Numbered from the stretch's first letter, positions 15,051 through 30,247 are shown. The stretch: 64,000 nucleotides of DNA from the human T2T-CHM13v2.0 reference genome, Homo sapiens (GCF_009914755.1 NC_060926.1); one strand, 5' to 3'. Numbers and translations: made by a program. Notes: generated by a model not told the origin, from the letters alone.

Positions 15051-16924
15051 TTTTGAGTATTTATACTTTAGGCATATACACAGAAATACTATGGGCTGGA
15101 ATTTTATGATTGAGGGATCAAAATAACTGGTGGCGGGGGGAAATGGGTAGCTGTAATAGAGGAAACATATTTATGGTGATTAACCTTTGTTTTCTCTGGG
15201 TGGCAGAATATGAATGATTTTTATTTTTTTCCTTTTGTATAGTTGTATATTCTACTTTTATTACATTGATCAATATACACATGGCAGTGTCCAAGACTGA
15301 CAGTGCAACAACTTGAACATTTCATGAACAGAAAATAATTGACTTGAACAGTAAGCTTTTTCAAGTTTTTAATTTTTTAAGGAAATTTTAAGATGTACAG
15401 AATGAGTACTATGTGCCAGGCCCTAAGCTCAGTGCTGGGGGCACAAATTTGATTAAAACTTAGAAACAAAGAAAGGCAAGTCTAGAATGACAATATAGCT
15501 ATGGTCAGTGCTACAGCAGAGCTAATCACTCAGGAGTCATCTTAATTAGACCCAGGGTCAAGCAAGGCTTCCTGAAAGAGAAGGTTTCTTGAGGGAATGA
15601 TGTATACACAAAATACTTCTCATTAGAACCATTTCATTAAGTAACACAGTCACTGCTTAATGATTAAAAATGAAGGCCCTGCTTTAAATGCCAAATTTCT
15701 TTTTGTAGCTAATATTTCAACAACTTCAAATATCCTTCTTAAATTTCTTATGAATTGAAGAGTAGGAGATTCAGAAAAAAGATAAACATCTTGTCTTGTG
15801 ATGTTTAGAATATAACGACTACATAAAATCTGTAAATATGTATAACTGGAAAATTTTTTTAATTCATTTTATTTATGTGTGGTTTGATCACAGTCAATCA
15901 GCACATCCTTAAATTTTCATTTTAATATCACTTCTAAAAAGTTTATTGATGCTCTAAATAAGGGGTGAGCAAACTATAGGGAAAGAGGGAGAACTGAATA
16001 TAGAGACCATACATGACCTACAAAGTCTAAAGTATTGGCTATTTGGCCTTTTTTTTTTTTTTTTTTTTTTTTTTAAACAGAAAAAGTTTTTCCACTCTTG
16101 CAAAGTCTCTGAATGGATTTCTGTTCATACTGGAGCTAAAACTTGTTTCACCAATAAACTCTTATTATCAGCTTGTAAAGGAAGAAGTCATCAGAAAGGC
16201 ACTAACTGCTGTGGTACTCGGTCTAGACACTAGCACAATTATAGACTTGCTTATGGTGGGAAGGAGAAAGAGTGGGAAGGGGTTTCTAAGAGAGAATAAA
16301 CAAAGAGTGAGTAATTAGCTAAGAAAAATGTGGGTTTTGAGGGAAGTAGGAGGAATTCAAAGAACATAGTTGAAGCAGACAAAAAATAAGGAGTAGCCTT
16401 AAGGGGCTTTACAATAAGCTGCTCAATTTGGTAGACAACTGCTGGGATAGCAATGAAATACAGAATGTGGAAGCTAGATCTCCTGAGAAAAACTGAGACT
16501 CAGAGACATGAAGCTATTTGCCCAAGTTCACAGAGCAAGGGAGTGGGAGACAAACTGAACTACAACTACCTAAATTTCAGTTCTGTTTTTTCCGCTACAT
16601 CACACTGACACCACAAGACGTCAGCCTGGAAATAAACCACTATCAGCTTGTCACAAGTTAGCTCAACTGAGTTCAGAAAGAACAAAGTCTTTTCAGGAGG
16701 AGTTCCCCTTCCTCCCCCAATTATCAGTTACTTTTCAGGGAAGAACTGAGCAAGGTGTGTTGTATGCAGAACTTGAAGAAGTGGAGGAAAGGGCATACAA
16801 GCAGCTCTATTTATCCCAGATGTTGGGGAAAACAAGAGAATGTTAACCAAACATCATTAAAATAAGCCTTAAGATATCCCATGGCTTTCTAGCAGTAAGA
16901 AAAAATGAATTTCAAACAATTTAC

Positions 16925-16982
16925 CTGGTTCCAATTTTATTACTTTAATTGCTGCTAATTCACCAGTGTTAACATTCCGTGC
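16925..16982 (-). CDS. MAP4K3: MAP4K3 (GLK, STE20/GCK-I kinase) internal coding exon (exon 2), 58 nt, phase 0 in / phase 1 out, ARNVNTGELAAIKVIKLEP(G)
   Basis: Reverse complement reads ttttcctctttcttttag|GCA CGG AAT GTT AAC ACT GGT GAA TTA GCA GCA ATT AAA GTA ATA AAA TTG GAA CCA G|gtaaat. It has a polypyrimidine tract with AG acceptor and a GT donor. The peptide matches the MAP4K3 N-terminus as I recall it (residues 33-52, catalytic K45 in AAIK). Confidence 0.96.
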
Positions 16983-17179
16983 CTAAAAGAAAGAGGAAAA
17001 AAGGATTATTGTGAAGAAAGCTTTCATAAAAAGTGTATAAAATTTCACTTTAGCTTACTGTTTTCAGTTATATAAAAATATTTTAAAAGAAATGCAAATG
17101 TAATTTATATTTACAAAACAAATAGTTTTTCCTTCACAATAAATTTCAACATTTATGTATAAATTTAATATTGGCAAAA

Positions 17180-17435
17180 CTAATAGCTAATATACACTTA
17201 GATGTTAGTACGGATGTGCCAGGCACTATTCTAAATGTTTTAATATTAATTCATTTAATCCTCACAACAACCTTATAAAATAGGTACTGATATTATTCTC
17301 ATTTTGCAAGTGAGGAAACTAAAGGACATAGAACTCAAAAGAACTTAACAAGGTCATACAGCCAGTGAGTCGACAGTGCTGGGATTCAAACCTAGGCAGT
17401 CTAACTCCACAGTCTGAGCCTTTAAGTATTACACT
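17180..17435 (-). mobile_element. MIR
   Basis: tgtgccaggcact...tttaatcctcacaacaacc...gaggaaact...gggattcaaacctaggcagtct. Confidence 0.85.
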
Positions 17436-19659
17436 GTATTGCTATTCATTCAAAGGCTAGTTGAACTAATTAACTAGCCTTATATTTTTTCATTTAAAAG
17501 CTTTAGGATATGAAAGGCTAACACAATTGTGTATATAATTATGAAAACAGGCCCCCTGCATCCTTTTAAACACACCTGATGGTACAGTCAAATACATGTA
17601 GTTCAATGCAAAACCTATTTTTGTAAGCCACATACTAAAAATCACTTTAAAAAATCAAATTATAGATTCCTGGCATTTACAACTGTATAATTATGTATAT
17701 AAGTACACATAATTATATTATGTGTATTTATGTGTACATATAACAATATATATTATATATAATACACATATAAATAAGCAGAAACTATATTAAAATGGCA
17801 GTAAGTCTTTGTCAATTTAAGATATTTTATAATTGGATCAGAACTTTCAATTTGATATTTTAAACTGTTAACTACAAATAATATTCATACCACCAATGAA
17901 GAACAATACATGCCATTCCCTGATCACAGAAAGATCCATTCATGTGACCAGATTTATTCCTAGTTGCAACACTCTCTTATTAATGGATTGGTGAAAATCA
18001 GTGAATCACCTGGCAAGAGATGGTAACACCATTAACAGTGGAATTCTTCTAAGAATACTAGGGCACTAAAAATACCAGCCAAAGATCTAAGATATGAGGC
18101 ACCGTCATTGCTGAAAATATAAAATTTAACCATTTAACTCTAAGAAGAACAAAGATATTAAGAGATCTCATAGAAATTAATAAAATTTGCAGGGAAAATT
18201 CATTTAAAAATTGTTCCTTCAAACAAAATCCCCATAACTAATAAACACTCAAGGCAGTACAAAAGAGATTTGAAGACTTATTTCAAATTAAACTTAATTT
18301 CCATAAAATGGGATAGATGTTTCAAATAGACAGTGCTGGATACTAGTTCCTTTCTCTAGGAAGAAAACATATATAAATGATGAAATAGAAATAAAACCAG
18401 AATATCATTCTGGGAGCATTCTGTAAAGGAGGCAGAGTGTATCTGAAAAACATTCAGGTGTAATAGTCATAAAGCTTTTCAAGCACCATCACAACTACTT
18501 GCCTCTCCTCACACTTTGATATCTTTTCTCTGGTAGGATTCTCCTTTAGCATCTCCTCCAAATAAGACAACTGCCACCATTTAAAAATCATGCTATGGTT
18601 TTTTACTTACTGAGAAGAAATTCAGAGTATGGGTGATTCTACTATGGAAGAGCAGACAAATGTGAACTCAGAAAGCTAGGATGATTATAACTGAGATTTT
18701 TGTTACCAATGACCACAGGAGGGCACACTCTCTATTTACAAGTTACACAGTGTTTGTCCAAAATGGTTGCTGTACACAATGTACTCTTCTAAAAATAGAT
18801 TTACTAACACCAGCATATATTTAACAGAAAAATTATGACACTAACTACTGATGAGTGGTTTACCAAGGTCAATATTTCCTATAGGGTTGACTTATGAATA
18901 CAATTATTTCAAGTGGTAAATCAGTCTAGAATTTCCTAAAGGCTAACAGTTTTTAAATTACAGTTTTTTAGGGTTAACTGAAAAAAACATAGAGCTAAAA
19001 TGATTACTGTTCTTTTGCTTTCTATGATGTTAGAAATATCTTCCAATATGTAATTTATTTGGCAGTATTAAGATATTTCACAAAAAGGGGAAAACAGACA
19101 ATTGAAAGTCCTTAAGAAACTTCACTTCTAAGCCTTTCCTTAGTAAAATCCATGTTTATTAATAAAGGGTCTTTAAAGCTTTATGATTCACCAGGAATCT
19201 TGGTCTTCTGCCTAAAATAAGTCATATTTTGCTATCTCTAAATTGACTGTAGTCAAGGTTACACACAAAGGTAAATTTAAAAGTCAATATTATCTCTAAC
19301 ATTCTGCAACTGCTATTCTTTTTTTCAATCACCTTGAGCAGTTTATTTTTTAAAAAGGAGAGCAAGATAGAAATTATAAAATATTAGCACGTATAAAGTT
19401 AAAAATTTTGAATTCAGAATATGTAACATAAAATGTTCATACTTGTGAAGGGCAGAAAACAGGATAAAATATTCTAAGCAGCTAGATCTAGTCTGCTGCA
19501 ACACTGATCTGACCACCATTCTTCAAATGCTCCCACAATGATGTTCTCATCATGCTGTTCTTGACTTATAACTCTGCAAGGGTACAACACATCATTGCTT
19601 TAAAGACAAAAATCCAAATTCCCTGTCAGAGTATTTAAAGCTTTCACTAAATACAGCAC

Positions 19660-20570
19660 TTTTTATAACAGCTTTATTGGGATAGAATCCACACACCATG
19701 AAGTACACCCTTTCATGGTGTATGATTCAGTTGTGTTTAGTATATTCAGAGTTATGTAACTATACTAACTAATTTTAGAACACTTTCATCACCTCAAAAA
19801 GAAACCCCAGACCCATTCGCAGTCACTCCATATTCCTCTGACTCTCAATCCCTGGCAACCACTAATCTACTTTCCATCTCTATGGATTTGACTATTATAA
19901 ATATTTCATGTAAATGGGATCAAATAACACATGGTCCTTTGTGACTCTGGTTTCTTGCACTTGGTGTAATGCTTTCAGACTCATCCATGTCTCAAACTCA
20001 TTTATGTGTTACTGCCAAATAGTATTCCATTGTATGGAAATACCATATTTGGGCTGTTTCTACTTTTTAGCTGTTATGAATAATGGTGCTATAAACATCA
20101 GTGTACACATTTTTGTGTGGACCTGTTTTCAATTTTCCATTTGAATATCTTCTTTGGAGAACTGTCTATTCAATTCTTTGTCCATTTTAAATTCTTTTTA
20201 AATTGTTAATTGTAAGAGTTCTTCACATATATTCTGGATATAAATCCCTTATCAGTCACATGATTTGCAAGTATTTTCTCCCATTCTACATGCTTTCATT
20301 TTCTTATGGGTATCCTTTGAAACACAAAACCTTTTCATTTTGATGATGTCCAACTTAACTAATTTTTGTTTCTTGTGTTTTTAGTGTTGCAGCTAAGAAA
20401 CCATTCGCCTAACCCAAGGTCACAAATACTTTTTTCCTATGATTTTTTTTCCTAAGATTTCTAAGTTTTATAGTTTTCTTAAATTTACGTCTATAATCTC
20501 AGTGAATTTTTATACTGTGTCAGATAGGGCTTCAGTTTCATTCTTTTGCCTATGGATATGAAATTGTGAA
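19660..20570 (-). mobile_element. L1MB-like 3' fragment
   Basis: cagctttattgggatagaat...gaacactttcatcacctcaaaaagaaacccc...ggcaaccactaatctactt. Confidence 0.8.
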
Positions 20571-21999
20571 ATACCACATTTTAATCTGGCCCCCATCTAT
20601 ATTTCTAGTCACTCCCTAACCTGTACTTTATCCTCTGGCCAAACTAAACAACCTGCTATTCCCCAGAGCCATCCACGCTTTGTTCCAGCTCCCTCCCCTG
20701 GCCTAACAGACATCCTTCGAAGCTCAGCTTAGGCTACCACCACTTCCCACAAGCCTTTTCCTGGCCCTGGTCTCACACCTTATTTCAGTATACACGTCCC
20801 CCACCACATACTCCCATAGGTTCTGGGTAACCTTTCTAAAATGGAAGTGGACTGGTGAGGAAAATCCTGCAGGTCTAGACCGATCTCGGCTTAGAGGGGC
20901 TCTGGGAAAGTACTAACTTTCAAAGCTGTACCAGAATTTAGTTTGATTCAGTGAGCCTTTCAGAGGCCATTCAGATTTGAACTAGTTTTGGAAAGAATTT
21001 TTCTGAGATGATTTCACGCAGATTGTGGAATTATCTCCAACTATCAGAAAGGCATTCCTTGAGAGTGAACTGAGGGTTAACAACATATTCAAGCAGCAAT
21101 CATTAAGAGCCAAAAAATGTGCTAGGTACAATATAAAGTGGGTTAGAAACAGTCATTATCAGTAAAACATCTGACCATCATCTACTATGTATTGAGCCCC
21201 TTGGAGTACTCAAACCTTACTATGTAGAAGGGCATGTCCGATGTGAATATGAATAAAAGTTCTGAGTGAGAGTTAACAACGTTTAGTCCTGGCTCTGCCA
21301 GTAACCAGCAATGGGATCTGAGCAAGTAATTTCCCTTGTGTCTTCTTCCTGACCCCTCTGCCCACAATTTAATAACATGAAGGTGAAGACAGGCTATTTC
21401 TAAGGTTCCTTCTAATTCTAAAAGTCAATGTTTATATCAAATAATTTCATTCTAAATCAACAGATTCCAAATACTGAACCAGCTAGTTGGTTATATAAAA
21501 ATCATATAAAGAGTTTAAATACAAAACAAAACAATAACAAAATACTGCTACAAATTTTGAATTCTAGGTCAAGCGATTAAGAATGGGACCCAGGATTCTG
21601 TATCTTAAGCTACTGAGGTACTGCTGATACACAGTCAGGTTTGGGGACCCAGTTTAAAGCACTATGTTACTGACTTTTAGAAAATGTAACCACCAACTTA
21701 TAAGCCTGAAAAGGTATTACAGGAATGATGGCATGAAGATGTTACCATTTATGCAGAGGTTTGAAAAGATGGCCTGAATTAGGAAAAACATACAAAAGGG
21801 ATGGGGAAAAGGGCACAGAACGAAAAGCATGAGCAAAGGCTTGGGGACAGAAAACACAGACTATTTTGAGTGTACCAGGCCAGCCAAACCTCAGAGTACT
21901 TCCCATACAACTACTCCCTTTCAGAAGAAAATGGATAACCCATGCTCACTGCTGAAGGGATGGCTTCATGTTCGCTTTCCCAAAGTTGATTAGACTAGG

Positions 22000-22367
22000 T
22001 GTATTAGTTTGTTCTCATGCTGCTTTAAGGAATTGCCTGCGACTCGGTAATTTATAAAGGAAAAAGGTTTAATTGACTCACAATTCCGCAGGGTTGGGAA
22101 GCCTCAGGAAACTTACAAGCAAGGCAAAAGGGGAAGCAAACATGTCCTCCTTCACGTGGCAACAGGAATGAAAAGTGCCAAGCAAAAGAGGGGAAGCCCC
22201 TTATAAAACCATCAGATCTCATGAGAACTCACTATCATGAGAAGAGCAAGACGGTAATCACCGCCATGATTCAATTACCTCCCACCAGGTTCCTCTACAA
22301 CATGTGGGGATTATGAGAACTACAATTAAAGATGAAATTTGGGTGGGGAAACAGCCAAATCATGTCA
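22000..22367 (-). mobile_element. THE1 (THE1C-like) MaLR solo LTR, 5-bp TSD CTAGG, sense to MAP4K3
   Basis: Minus strand TGACATGATTTGGCTG...CTAATACA; ctagg at 21995-21999 and 22368-22372. Confidence 0.92.
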
Positions 22368-22414
22368 CTAGGTATGTGTCCACTACAAGGGCAACCAATT
22401 CATAGGAAAACTAA

Positions 22415-22572
22415 CAGAGTGACATACATCCCTGGTTTACCCAGAGTACTCCTGGTTATGCCTATTGTACCGGTAGAATTATTAATAATTCTACCGGTAC
22501 AATAAGAGTGCCTGTGTTCACTCTTAAACAACTGAACATTTATTAAATTTGGATGATAAATTATAAGGTTAA
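22415..22572. mobile_element. MER81-like hAT-Blackjack element containing a perfect palindrome
   Basis: catacatccctggtttaccc...aattattaata...ttcactct...tttggatgataaattataagg follows the MER81 consensus as I recall it. Confidence 0.7.
22463..22504. repeat. Perfect 42-bp spacerless palindrome
   Basis: tattgtaccggtagaattatt|aataattctaccggtacaata. Confidence 0.98.
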
Positions 22573-22629
22573 TATACCAATAAACCCTGAGCTGACATGA
22601 AAATAGGAAACAGGGCAAATTCTCTAAAA

Positions 22630-23437
<808 letters not shown>

Positions 23438-23438
23438 C

Positions 23439-23578
23439 CAGCATTGTCCAAAAGAACTTTCTGCATTGATGGAAATGATCTGTATCTGCAATATCCAATA
23501 CATTAGCCCCATACCACATGTGCCTATTGATCACTTAAAATGTGGCCAGTGCAAGTGAAAAACTGAATTTTGTTTAAT
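23439..23578. mobile_element. MER3/MER33-like hAT element, left part (right part about 26298-26362)
   Basis: cagcattgtccaaaagaactttctgcattgatggaaatg...ccacatgtg; resumes at cacacgtggctagtg...tagacagcac. Confidence 0.75.
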
Positions 23579-24408
23579 TGTACGTGTGTACAAAATGAAA
23601 TATTTAAAATTTGGAGTTTTTAATTTTTTTAACTACCAGACAATAAAATGGATTTTTAAAGATACAGTTCTAGTAATTTTAACACATATATTAGATTATG
23701 TAACCACCACCACCACCACCATCAGGAAATAAGAAAGTTCCATCACTGCAAAAACTCCAATGGAAGTCATAATCCTCCCTAAACCCTGGAAACACTAACG
23801 TGTTCTCTATGACTACAGTTTTTCTTTTTGAGAATGCCATATAAATTCATTCATTATATAACATCTTTAGACTCTTCTTTCACCAAGTTGTTGCATATAT
23901 CATTAGTTTATTCCTTTTTATTGCTGAGTAGGGTTCCACTGTATGGATTTACCACAGTTCATCCATTTACCAGTTGAAGGGTATCTGGGTTGTTTTCAGT
24001 TTTTGGCAAATACGGAAAGAGCTGCTATAAACATTTGTATACAGGGTAGATAAATACCCAGGAGTGTGACTAGGTCATATCATATGGTAGGTATATGTTT
24101 AACCTTATAAGAAATTGCCCAACTTTCCAGAGTGACTGTACCATTTTTCATTCCCAGAAGCAACGCATGGTGGGGTTCCACTTGCTTCACATCCTTGCCA
24201 AGAGCTGGCATTGTATTTTTTATTTCAGCCATCCTAATAGGTAGGTAAATGCTATTTCATGGTGGTTTTAGTTTGCATTTCCTTGATGACTAATGATGCT
24301 CTTAGTCTATTCATGTGCTTACCTGCCATCCTTTGATGAACTGTTTTCCAGTCTTTCATCCATGTTTTTAACTGGAATATTTATTTTCTTACTGAGTTAT
24401 GAGCGTTC

Positions 24409-24439
<31 letters not shown>

Positions 24440-24477
24440 TCTATATATGAGTCCTTTGTCAGATATATGATTTGCAA

Positions 24478-25232
<755 letters not shown>

Positions 25233-25650
25233 AGAGCAAAAGTTTTTATTTTTGATAAAGTCCAATTTATCAATAGTTTCTTTTATGAATTGTGCTTTTG
25301 GTATCACATCCAAGATCTTTTTGCTTAACTCCAGGTCACAAATATTTTCTCCTGTGTTTTCTTCTAAAAGTTTTATGTTTTTACATTTAGTTTCATGATA
25401 CATTTTGAGATCATTTTTGTGTAAGGTGTACAGTTTAAGTTTAGGTACATTTTTTTGCATGTATATGTCCAACTCTTTCTTATCATTTGTGGAAAAGTCA
25501 ATTTTCCTTTCATTGAACTGACTTCCACCTTTGTCAAAAATGAATTGGCTATATTTGTGTGGATCTATTTCTGGACCCCATGTTGATCTATATTGATCTA
25601 GTGATTGTGTGTTTATCTCTTACCTACACTATACAGTCTTGATTAGTGTA

Positions 25651-25965
25651 ATTTTTTTTGTTGTTCTTTTTTTTTTTTTTTTGAGACGGAGTCTCACTCT
25701 GTTGCCCAGGCTGGAGTGCAGTGATACAATCTCAGCTCGCTGCAACCTCTGCCTTCTGGGTTCAAATGATTCTCCTGCCTCAGCCTCTTGAGTAGGTGGG
25801 ACTGCAGGTGTGCCACCACGCCTAGCTAATTTTTGTATTTTCAGTACAGATGGAGTTTTGCCATGTTGGCCAGGCTCATCGCCAACTCCTGACCTCAAGT
25901 GATCTACCCACCTTGGCCTCCCAAAGTGCTGGGATGACAGGTATGAGCCACCACCACGCCCGGCC
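25651..25965 (-). mobile_element. AluS
   Basis: Full Alu. Confidence 0.95.
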
Positions 25966-27499
25966 GATTATTGTAGTTTTATAGTAAATTTTAAATTTAC
26001 AATCACAATAATTTTGTGATTCCTCCAACTTTTACTTTTTCAAAGTTGCTTTGGCAACAAAGGTCCTTTGCCTTTCCATATAAATTTGAGCCAGCTTGTC
26101 TGTTTAAAAAAAAAAATCTGCTGTTGGGACTTTTATTTGGAAGTACATTAAATCTATAGATCAATTTGGAAAGAACTGACATATTTACTATGTGGAGTCT
26201 TCCAATCCATGAACACTACTGGCAGGTGTCTCTGTTTATTTAGATATTGATATCTTTCATCAGTGCTTTGCAGTTATCAGCATACAGATCCTATACGTAA
26301 TTTCAATTTTGATTTTAAAAGTCACACGTGGCTAGTGATAACTGCATTAGACAGCACAACTCTAAAATGTTTGAAACTGGAAATACTGAGAAATAGCACC
26401 ACCATGCAATGTAACTCACTGTGAAACCATGCTATGTGCCAGTGTCACAGCATGCAGGACTTTGGGCATAAAGTGAAGTTTTGAAGAAATAGAAAAGACG
26501 CAATGAAGAGACAATCAATAAAGAGCAAATAACCCAACAGATGGACAGAAAAAATTACAAGACCATAAGAAAAGAGCAGATCTCCAAGCTGCCTTGAGTT
26601 CCTGACAAGCTTCCAGTTCCGTGTATCATGTATCTTTACAATAGCCTCTCTTTTCTTAAGTTAACTTGAACGGCTCTTTGTTTCTTAAAACCAGATAATT
26701 AAAGATCTACATTTCTAGGACTACCTGGTCCTAATAAAAAAAAATTTTAAAAACAGATTGAGGCTATCATTAACTTTCAAAAAATGCACTTAGCAGATAA
26801 TAATTGGATATAGACATGGAAAATAATCTGTGAGTGATAAAAGAGTACAGACAGTTCCAACATATCAGTAATTTGTATTTCAAAGTTTAATTCTGAATTT
26901 TGGAATTCAAAAATGGACCTGTTCCATATCAATAACACTTCTAAATGGTAACTGGCAGGCCACACTAATAATATGGATAAAACTTAACAGTAGCACTGAG
27001 TTTGGGAAAGCATAAGAGATCAGGTAACCAATTCCAACTTTGCACTATAGAAGCAATAGCAGCAGCATTTCTAGCCCAAAGGTGCTCAGACCCCAATGTG
27101 CGTAAACACCTTCCAAGATTTCACTTTTGGAAATAAGTTAGACTAGATATAAAATATCCTTCCATTACAAATATCTAGAAATAGCAGACAAGATACAACA
27201 AACACTCTTTTACGTGCACTGAACTCACAAGCAAATAAATTCACAGGTGGCACAAAGAGATGTAGTATAAACAGCTTTAAAAAATCTGTTAAATGTATTT
27301 ACTGAATAAAATCAGAGCTGTAAACAAAAGCTCAAGCCATGGCCTTAGATTAAACTTGGAATCTAGGGACTTCAGTTTTGATTTTTATTAGATGTGGTGA
27401 AAGCTGAAATTGGGACCACTGCATAAAACCAGCAATGCCCTTGAAGAGTCACACCGCACAGGTAGGTTGGGGAAAAGGGCTCTATCCACAACAGGCAAT

Positions 27500-28930
27500 T
27501 TGTTCAAATCAGGCCTTCACTAGAATCAAAATATCTTCCCTGGAAATCCATAATCACAAGTCTGTCCCCAGTAGAGCATAGGGTTAAAATTTACACTGAT
27601 TTTGAGGGCCAGGAGCCTCAAGTCAAGAAATAAATTTAAGTTGTTTCTGGGTTGGTGGTAACACAAGGCACCTGGCAGAGGGAGAAACAAATTATCTGTA
27701 GATAAACACATCTTCAACCCATACTCCAGGAAATTAACACATAATATTATTAGGCAGATATGAGCTTAAAACAAAATTATCAAGCATAAAAGGAAACAAA
27801 CCACCAGAGCAGTAAAAACTATGAAAAACCAAATCAAATCCATAGAAGTTAAATTTTAGGAATTAAAAGATATATAACATTACAATCAAGTACGCTTTAA
27901 AAGTTTAAAGAAATAAAAGAAGGTATTAAATACATAGGACAGATTTTTTAAAAGTTAACACTAGAAATAAATAAATACATGGGTCAGAAGCAAGAGGCTA
28001 ACAAAAATGACTTGGCAGACAGGACAAAAAGAACAAAATAGAATTTCTAGAAATAAAAAATGAAATTAAAAACCTAACTGGTGTACACAGACATAAAATT
28101 AGACAAAATGGCAGATCTGAAGCAGCAAAGAGAGCAAGAGATAGAAAATGAGAGATTAACAGACACAAAGAATAGAATAAGAAAATATACATCTAATTAA
28201 ACAAGGAAGGAAGAGAGAACCAATATTTCAAGACACCATGGCTGAAATTTTTCCAGAATGGGTAAAAGACAAAACCTCAGATTCAGAAGACACAGTCTCA
28301 AGGAGAGCAAATAAACAAGAAATCCACATCTAGACACACTACATGAAACTGCAAAAAAACTAAAGAAAAAGAAGTGATCTTTAAAAGCACTCAGAGAAAA
28401 GGAGTCAGATTATCCACAAAAGAACAACAATTAGACTTTTCAGAGAAAAAAGAAAGCCAGAAAGACTGTAGAAAATGCAGTGCTGAAAAAAAGTTAAGTC
28501 AGTCTAGAATTATATTCTCAGGTAAAACATTATTCAATAAAATAGGGCAAAATAAAGACACTTTCTAACAAACACCAAGGGCTCACTGCCAAAAGATGTG
28601 CAATAACATATTCTTCTAAAGGATGTATTTCAGGATCAAAAAAGGCTCAGAAAGAAAGTTTAAGATGCAAGGAGTATCAAATAAACTACCAATCTTGGGT
28701 AGAGATAAACATTGATGACTGTAAAAAAACAATAATGTCTATGCAATTTTTAAAAAACTAGAACTCAAATATGGAGCAAAATACCATGGAAATAGGAAGG
28801 TGGAAGTACAATTAAATTGCTCTGAAGACTTTATACAGTTTGCGAAGTGGACAGAGTTAGTGAATAATTTGGGGTCTTAGGTTAGGTATGTATATTAAAT
28901 TATTACGATCAACATCTAAAATAATGAAAG
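27500..28930 (+). mobile_element. Very old L1 ORF1-region fragment
   Basis: A-rich, with atggctgaaatttttccagaa...aatccacatctagacac...tctagaattatattc ORF1-like motifs. Confidence 0.6.
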
Positions 28931-28939
28931 TAGTATATA

Positions 28940-29158
28940 ACAGTGATTCTTAATTGAGGATACTAACCCCATAAAAATGGAAAGGAGGTGTTTGGAAATG
29001 TGGAGGGACATTTACATTTTGGGTTGTCTCAATAACTGGGGATGATAATAGTATTTGGTAGGTAGGACCCAATGATTTTTAAAGTCCTGTTGTGCCTTCA
29101 GATTGCCACACGATAATCCTGGCCAAAATGCCAGTAGCACCTACACTGAGAAATACGG
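28940..29158. mobile_element. MER20-like hAT element
   Basis: cagtgattcttaa...tttggaaatgtggagggaca...ggccaaaatgccagtagcac...tgagaaa. Confidence 0.55.
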
Positions 29159-29921
29159 TATACACCTACCAAAAAATGAAATTTAAACAACTCAGCATGG
29201 AAATTAAACAACTCAATACAAACCACTTGTAGATCTGCTTTAAATCACAGAGTCTTGGCTTCCACACCACGCAGACTCTGAATCAGCAGATCTGAGGTGA
29301 GCCCCAGGAACCTATGGTTTTAATACTACTCAAGTGACTGATTCAATCAATAGCCTATCACTCACACTTGAGAAACACCATAGTCTAATAAGCGTGAAAT
29401 GGCAGATGAATGGGGTTTAAGAGACTCCCATTTCAGCAAGAGGCACTGGAGGAAGGGATGCCCAGGGCTGAGAAAAAGTCTAGCAACAGGGAGTAAGTGG
29501 TGGCAGAAATTCATGTACGTATATCATTAAGTGTCCCCAAATCAGAAACTGGAGATCAGAAGAAAAAGCACTTTTCTAAGATTAACAACATATAAGTAGA
29601 GCAGTGCTTTACATAAAAATTAAAAAAAAAAAATACTGGAAATGAAAATACAACAGGATAGTTCAGGAAAACATCAATAAAGTAACTCAATCCACAACCT
29701 AAAAATCAATCGCCCTATAAACACGATGGGAAAGTCTGTCTTCAGAAATCCTGCCCATATTCTGACCGACATACATCTCTTGAGTAATGACCTTATTCAC
29801 CAATTTCTAACATCTGCAATATGACTGCCTGGAGCAGCAGAATAGTACTTCTGAAACATGTTAAATATATTCTGGAAAAAAAAGAGTTATTGGTTAAGTA
29901 TTAGAAATAATACATACTATA

Positions 29922-30247
29922 GGCCGGGCGCGGTGGCTCAAGCCTGTAATCCCAGCACTTTGGGAGGCCAAGGCAGGCGGATCACGAGGTCAGGAGATCA
30001 AGACCATCCTGGCTAACACAGTGAAACCCCGTCTCTACTAAAAAAAACACACAAAAATTAGCCGGGCGTGGTGGCGGGTGCCTGTAGTCTCAGCTACTCG
30101 GGAGGCTGAGGCAGGAGAACGGCGTGAACCCAGGCGGCAGAGCTTGCAGTGAGCCGAGATTGTGCCACTGCACTCTGGCCTGAGCGACAGAGCAAGACTC
30201 CATCTCAAAAAAAAAAAAAAAAAAAAAAAAAAAGAAAGAAAGAAAGA
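29922..30247 (+). mobile_element. AluY; TSD agaaa(t/g)aata(c/t)atactata
   Basis: AluY diagnostics gatcacgagg, ctggctaacac, ggcgtgaacc, gagcttgcag. Confidence 0.92.
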
